A stretch of DNA of 64,000 nt. It comes from Eledone cirrhosa. Its lineage: Eukaryota. Location of the stretch: the NCBI GenBank assembly GCA_964016885.1, contig OZ024759.1:34472001-34536000 (forward strand), written 5' to 3'. The notes beneath the pieces were generated by a model that saw only the letters and a list, made by a program, of their open reading frames with translations, was not told the origin of the DNA and did no database searches. Position 1 is the first letter of the stretch; every line of letters starts with the position of its first letter. A program made the position numbers and the translations under genes. This document shows, piece by piece, positions 56,702 to 64,000 of this stretch.

Positions 56702-57193
56702 TATATATATATACACACACACACACACAACCACTATCACTACTACTACCTTGATAAAACCACCTTCAGTACAACAGCTACAACGGACACTACCACCTGT
56801 ACTACCAGCACCACTACCACTACAACAACATGAACCACAATTACTACAAGAACCAATATTACTATAACGAGTACTACAACACTGATATAAATGTACCTCT
56901 ACCACCATTGAAACTACCACCACTTCTATTACTAGTACCATCACCACTACTACAGCCACAAATATAGCTAGCACTACTAATACTACCACCACCACTGCTT
57001 CTACTACTACTTTACCTCAAAAAGAAATATAAACTTTACCATTAAATACTTCAAGAAAACCCAATTTAATTTACTACAATTATTTACTTCAATAGAATCA
57101 CACACATATATACATACACACACACATATATATATATACACACACATATATATATACATACACTGATTCACTACTATTTTAAGTAGCTACATA

Positions 57194-57280
<87 letters not shown>

Positions 57281-57425
57281 CAGTTCAAAGGAAATATAAA
57301 ACTCTAATTCCACAAACTGGTTCCATACAGTTAGTTTTCTACAGAATTATTTGTCAAGTTATTCAGCCAGAAAAAATATACTTACATATATATATATACA
57401 CACACACGTACACACAGATATATAT

Positions 57426-57482
<57 letters not shown>

Positions 57483-57821
57483 CATATATATATATATATA
57501 TATGCATTTTTTTCGGTTAAATTTTAAATATTTATTGTATTATATATATATATATATATATATATAATACAATACATTTTTAAAGTGTAACAGTAAAAAT
57601 ATAATAATAAATATAAGTAGCAATGATGATGATGATGATGATAGTAACAATAATAATAATATCCCGGTGCTATTACTATTTTACCATTAATTTTTCAAAA
57701 AATGAACATCAGACCCCACAGGCGCTAAGTTTTGAGATTTGAAATTGAGCAATCAATTCCTTTTAGTTATTAATTTATATATATATGTGTGTGTGTGTAT
57801 TTATATATACATATTTGTGTC

Positions 57822-57857
<36 letters not shown>

Positions 57858-58019
57858 ATGTTTATGTAGATATATATATATGTGTGTGTATTTGTATGTG
57901 AGTTTATGTATGTATATATATATGTTTATGTAGATATATATATAGGTATATCTATATATATATATATATATATATGTAGGAGGTGAGTTTTATTGTAGCA
58001 ACAATAAAGCAATGAAAAC

Positions 58020-58075
<56 letters not shown>

Positions 58076-58161
58076 GTGTGTGTATGTGTATGTATTTATG
58101 TATATATTTTTTTACACACGTGCACACACACACACACTTAGGTATTTAAGTTTGTGTATAA

Positions 58162-58218
<57 letters not shown>

Positions 58219-58299
58219 GTTTGTGTGTGTGTAAATATAAAATATATATTTATATATCGAGAATTTCATTTATGAAATTTTATAAATATATATATATAA

Positions 58300-58376
<77 letters not shown>

Positions 58377-58714
58377 TATATTTCATTTTTTTTACATTTT
58401 TCATGTGACGTTTTTTATCTATTTTTATTGTTTTCGCTTTGTTTTTCGTTAGTTTATTTCGTTTTTTATTTTATTGTTGTTTTTCATGTATTTTTCCTTC
58501 TTTTTCTTCTTTAGTAATTCATCTTTAATAAATAAAAATAAAAAGAATTAACAGAACCCCAAAAAAACAATCATCTTTCCAATCCAATATATCTAACGAT
58601 TCTTCTTGCTGTCGTTTCTCACATTTATTTATTATTACTGGTCTTAGTTTATATTTATTTTTCTTGTTGTTGTTGTTGTTGTAGTTGCTGTTCTTGTTCT
58701 TTTTGTTTTTCTTC

Positions 58715-58996
58715 CGTTTTTCTTCTTTCTCCTCCTCTTTGTTTTCTTCTTCTCCTTCCTCTTCTTCTTCTCCTTCATCTTCTTCTTCTCCCTCTTCTTC
58801 TCCTTCCTCTTCTTCTTCTCCTTCCTCTTCTTCTTCTCCTTCTTCTTCTACTTCTCCTTCCTCTTCTTCTTCTCCTTCCTCTTCTTCTTCTCCTTCCTCT
58901 TCTTCTTCTCCTTCGTCTTCTTCTTCTCCCTCTTCTTCTTCTCCTTCCTCCTCTTCTTCTCCTTCCTCTTCTTCTTCTCCTTCCTCTTCTTCTTCA
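58715..58996. repeat. (TTC/TCC)n polypyrimidine tract with 15-18-bp units
   Basis: Direct reading. Confidence 0.9.
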
Positions 58997-60314
58997 ATGC
59001 CGTCTTGTACAACTCGCGATGCAAACATCGTTCATTATAACAAATATAATTTATATATATATATATATATATATAAATTATATTTGTTATATATATATGT
59101 GTGTGTGTGTGTGTCTGTGTGTACTTGTGTATATATATATATGTGTGTATAGGTATGTGTGTATATATATGTGTGTATATATATGTGTATATATTCATGT
59201 ATCTATGTGTATGTGTATATATGTGTGTATATATGTGTATATATTCATGTGTCTATATGTGTGTATATATGTGTGTGTGCATGTGCATACTTGTGCATGT
59301 ATATATGTATGTGTGTATATGTGTGTTCATATGTGTGTATATTCATGTGTTTGTGTGTGTATATATATATATGTATGTGTGTATATATATGTAAATATAT
59401 GTGGGTATATATATGTGTATAAATTGAGAAACAAGGAGAGAAAGAGGAAGATTGTTATTTTCTTTTCTAGCGACAGTCAACATCAAAAGAATCCTATTAT
59501 GGGTTGGTGTCAGGCGGTGGTGGTGTCAGGTGGTGGTGGTGGTGTCAGGTGGTGGTGGTGGTGGTGGTGGTGGTGGTGTCAGGTGGTGGTGGTGGTGTCA
59601 GGTGGTGGTGGAGATGGTGTTGCTGGGGTGGTGGTAGTGGTAGAGACGGTGGTGTCGGTGGGGGTGTTGTTGTTGTTGGTGGTGATGGTGATGGTGAAAG
59701 GTAGAGACGGTGGACATCGTGGCGGCGGTGGTGGTGATGGTAGTGGTGCTGGTGATGAACGGTGGAGATGGTGGCGGTGGTGGTGTTGACTATGGTGGTG
59801 GTGGTGGTGGTGCTGGTGATGAGTGATAGAGGTGGTGGACATGGTGGAGATGGTGGCGGTGGTGGTGTTGACTGTGGTGGTGGTGGTAGTGGTGCTGGTG
59901 ATGGTGGCAGCCATCGTTGTCGTTGTGATATTTCCAAATTGCCTGTCTAGTTAGTTGGTGAAAGTAAAATTATTTTTCGAAAAATAATTCAAATGATATT
60001 GAGGTTTAGAAGGCCGGATGGAGAATGGCCGAACTGTAAGAAGTTCACTTCGTAATTATAAGGTCTCGGGTTCAATCTCAATACATGACATCTTGAACAA
60101 GTGTCCTTTACCCTAACAGGGGCCGGGGGTATAACTGGGTAGACGAAAACTCTTTGGAAAACTGTCAGATTGACTGTAACTTTAATTCAAATATGCAGCC
60201 TCACAGACACTTATGTACGTTAAAGATATGTGTCTTTGGAATGCTCAGTCACTTAAAAGTTATATTCCTTAGCTGACTATTCCGTTAAATAAATAAAAAA
60301 AACACTAGAACATG

Positions 60315-60958
60315 CATCGTTAAGGTAACATTGTGTGACGAAAGATACTTTTCTTTATTTCAGTTTTGCTTTCATTTTTTCTACGCCAACTTCTTGCCAC
60401 TCACATACATCCTTCTCTTTATCAACTGCTATTTAATGGTCTATGTTTGTCTCTCTTCCCTTGATAAAAACATTGAAACTTTCATCGTTAATGTTACAGG
60501 GTGTGACGAAAGATACTTTTCTTTATTTCGCTTTTGCTTTCGTTTTTTCTCCGATAACTCTTTGCCCGTCACATACATCCTTCTCTTTATCAACTGCTAT
60601 TTAATGGTCTATGTTTGTCTCTCTTCCCTTGATAAAAACATTGAAACTTTCATCGTTAATGTTACAAGGTGTGACGAAAGATACTTTTCTTTATTTCGCT
60701 TTTGCTTTCGTTTTTTCTCCGATAACTCTTTGCCCGTCACATACATCCTTCTCTTTATCAACTGCTATTTAATGGTCTATGTTTGTCTCTCTTCCCTTGA
60801 TAAAAACATTGAAACTTTCATCGTTAATGTTACAAGGTGTGACGAAAGATACTTTTCTTTATTTCGCTTTTGCTTTCGTTTTTTCTCCGATAACTCTTTG
60901 CCCGTCACATACATCCTTCTCTTTATCAACTGTTATTTAATGATCTGTGTTTGTCTCT
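60315..60958. repeat. 168-bp tandem repeat (~3.8 copies)
   Basis: gtgacgaaagatac at 60335, 60503, 60671, 60839. Confidence 0.97.
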
Positions 60959-61104
60959 TAGAAGCTATTGTCGGAATTTTCTACACATTGTCTGTTATTT
61001 ATTGCCAGCAATGTGAAATGAATTCCGACATTAACTTTGCTACTTTATATTTGTCTTATTATGTATTGTGTTTCTCCTTCTCTCTCTCTCTCTCTCTCTC
61101 GCTC

Positions 61105-61144
<40 letters not shown>

Positions 61145-61155
61145 GCTCTCTCTCG

Positions 61156-61191
<36 letters not shown>

Positions 61192-61488
61192 GCGTGTGTT
61201 AGTATATGTGTGTCTGTGCTTGTAACTGTCTCTCTGTGCCTCTGTGTGTACATGCTTGTGTGTCTGTGTGTTTGGCTGTCTGTGTGTGTTTGGATTTGAT
61301 TGTATCTGAATGTGTCTGTGTCTCTGTGTGTATTAGTGCCTGTGTGTTAGTATCTGTGTTTGTTTGTATCTAAATGTGTTAGTATCTGCTTGTGTCTGTG
61401 TGTCTCTCATTGTGTGTTTTGTCTTTGTATCTGTGTATGTGTGTATATGTGTATGTTTGTGTATCTATCTCTCTCTCACAATATATGT

Positions 61489-61531
<43 letters not shown>

Positions 61532-62173
61532 AGCCTCTGTCTCTCAATGTATTTGTGTGTCTATGTGTCTGTGTGTGTGTGTGTGTGTGTCTGTGTATGT
61601 GTGTATGTGTGTATGTGTGTATGTGTGTGTGTGTGTTATTGGCTAATATATAAACAACATTAGACAATATACTTTTGTAAATTTCAATATGAGATAAATC
61701 TTCGAAAACCCAAAAAATAAAAAAACACCAAAAAACAACAACAAATATATACAATAGTGATAACAACAACAACAACAACAACAAGTATGTTTGTAAATAC
61801 AAATGGGAGATCGAAGAAGCAAGAAGCATTAGCCGAATAGTAGTAATGGGAATACGTGATATATGTCTATTGTCGTGCGAATGTAATGAATCTACCCTAT
61901 AGGTGAGGAGGAAGAGCACTTATTAATGGCTGTTGTCCTTTGTTTTACAAGTCAATACATGCAACGGGTTGTATTACAGAGCAGCCATGACACGCATACC
62001 AGCAATCTGACACCAGGTAACGGAACAAAACCGAATAGAACGGAATAGAACGGAACAGAATGGAACAGAATGGAAGCTAAGGTAGGCCGTTAAGACTGAT
62101 GTATTGGACTTTAAGGCTGAACATTTTGTAGATGATCTCGTTAGGTATTCTTGACAGCTACCTAACCACAGTT

Positions 62174-62327
62174 AGGTGGGTGGACTGACGTAAGGTAGAA
62201 GGTGGGTGGACTGACGTAAGGTAGAAGGTGGGTGGACTGACGTAAGGTAGAAGGTGGGTGGACTGACGTAAGGTAGAAGGTGGGTGGACTGACGTAAGGT
62301 AGAAGGTGGGTGGACTGACGTAAGGTA
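62174..62327. repeat. 26-bp minisatellite (ggtgggtggactgacgtaaggtagaa), about 6 copies
   Basis: Direct reading. Confidence 0.97.
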
Positions 62328-62990
62328 TATATTGTCTCCAGAAATACAAATGCCAAGGAATTTCACGACCATGATCTATGTTCCACTTGTACAATAGCAA
62401 ATCAAAGAGGTCACGTTTGCAGGGTGTTTTTTCAAAGAACGCATGTTTGCAGGGGGGGGGGGTTCACTTTCTCTTTCACTCCCCCTTCGTCTCTGTGTCT
62501 CCCCCCATATCAATCTATCTCTGTCTTTCTCGCTGTCAGTCTATCGTCCTCTCACCCTCTGCCTGTCCCTCTCTCTCTCTTTCTCTCTCAGAGTCTCTCT
62601 CTCGCTCTCTCAGTCTCTCTCTCTCTCTCGCTCTCTCAGTCTCTATCTCTCTCTCAGTCTCTCTCTCAGTCTCTATCTCTCTCTCAGTCTCTCTCTCTCT
62701 CTCTCTCTCGTTCTCTCTCTCTCTCTCAGTTTCTCTCGCTCTCTCTGTCTCTCTCGCTCTCTATCTCTCGCTCTCAGTCTCTGTTTCTCTCGCTCTCGCT
62801 CAGTCTCTCTTGCTCTCTCTCTCTCTCTCTCTTTCTCTCTCATTCTCTCTCTCAGCCTCTCAGTCTTTCTCTCTCTCTCTCTCTCTCGTTCTCTCTCTCT
62901 CTCTCAGTTTCTCTCGCTCTCTCTGTCTCTCTCGCTCTCTATCTCTCGCTCTCAGTCTCTGTTTCTCTCGCTCTCGCTCAGTCTCTCTTG

Positions 62991-63025
<35 letters not shown>

Positions 63026-63244
63026 ATTCTCTCTCTCAGTCTCTCTCTCTCTCTCTCTCCATATCTCTCTCTCGCTAATATTGCTACACAGTTTTGTATT
63101 TTTACTACTGCTTCGGCAGTTGCTATATTATACCATTGCTATTACCACTTCTACTACTGCTGCTGCAACTACTACTACTACTACTACTACTGCTGCTGAT
63201 GCTACTACCACTACCACTGCTGCTATCACTACTACTACTACTGA

Positions 63245-63458
63245 TAATGGTTTCAAATTTAGGCACAAATCCAGTAATTTCGGGGTCAGGGCAAAGTCGA
63301 TTAAATCGACTCCAGTACATTACTGGTACTTTTAGTGTCACCCAAATGGATGAAAGGCAAAATTAACCTCGATAGGATTTGAAATCTGAAAGTGGACTAT
63401 CTTTATCAAAAACTGCAAATATTTTATCCAAAGTTCTAACGAGTCTGTCAATTCACAA
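63245..63458 (-). mobile_element. SINE S1-related
   Basis: ctggtactttt...ggatgaaaggcaaaattaacctcgataggatttgaa. Confidence 0.75.
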
Positions 63459-64000
63459 TTAATGATAAATAATAATTAATAAATAATAATTATAAAAACT
63501 AATTATTATATCAATTAATATTTATGCGTGTAATGCATGTGTAAATGCTATAAGAATCTAGGCGACATTTCCATCTCGATATAATAATTCCTCTTTTATT
63601 TGTTTGTTTCGTGGTTTTTTTGTTGTGTGCTTTTCACCCTTTATCCATTCTATCATCTTATTTAAACGGACGTCCATATATCTCAGTCGACTGCCGCCAG
63701 GTGGAGCTAGCGCCGTATTGACGAAGACATGTTGAACTTTCAGTTCATCTCAAAGTTCACAACATCGAAAGCAGTGTGTAGCACAACATACATTTAGAGA
63801 AAGGTCTAGAAAATGGTGAAGGAAGAGGAGGGAGAAAAATCGATAGAGCTCAGAGCAGCAGCTTGATGATTCTGAACGAATGTTTGATATTTTCTACTTG
63901 TTTATCGTATACAAATACTATCAGACTAGAAAGAAGAACCTATAAAAAGATATATGTATCTATAGTTTTCTGTTTGTTTGTTTTTGTAGTTGTTCTTGCT

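Noticed and set aside
58525-59028. Glu-rich EEEEG ORF
   Set aside because: Trinucleotide-derived tract among microsatellites; no splice or homology support.
60331-61299. 322-aa hydrophobic repeat ORF
   Set aside because: Arises from a 168-bp (divisible by 3) tandem repeat running into microsatellite; TTG start; no recognisable domain.

Overview
AT-rich, microsatellite-saturated animal non-coding DNA. The SINE and simple-repeat content suggest an octopus/cephalopod intron or intergenic region, which is an inference. No protein-coding gene can be supported: nearly all listed ORFs are translations of (TA)n, (CA)n, (GA)n, (TGG)n or minisatellite repeats. Recognisable content includes many tRNA-derived SINEs, RTE and CR1-like LINE remnants, and eight 3' fragments of an L1/Tx1-like LINE that all sit inside (GATA)n runs. 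The most striking signal is about 20 short non-coding cassettes lodged in (TA)n tracts. They belong to several sequence-divergent families but share one architecture: a type I hammerhead ribozyme (intact, variant or truncated), a spacer, a conserved RCTC-[loop/hairpin]-GAGY-RCT motif, then (TA)n. Many are folded back into 45-105 bp inverted repeats whose apex lies inside the ribozyme. They are most simply read as Penelope-like pseudo-LTR or retrozyme-like inserts. The shared 3' motif and the fold-back rule are the parts I do not recognise as described.
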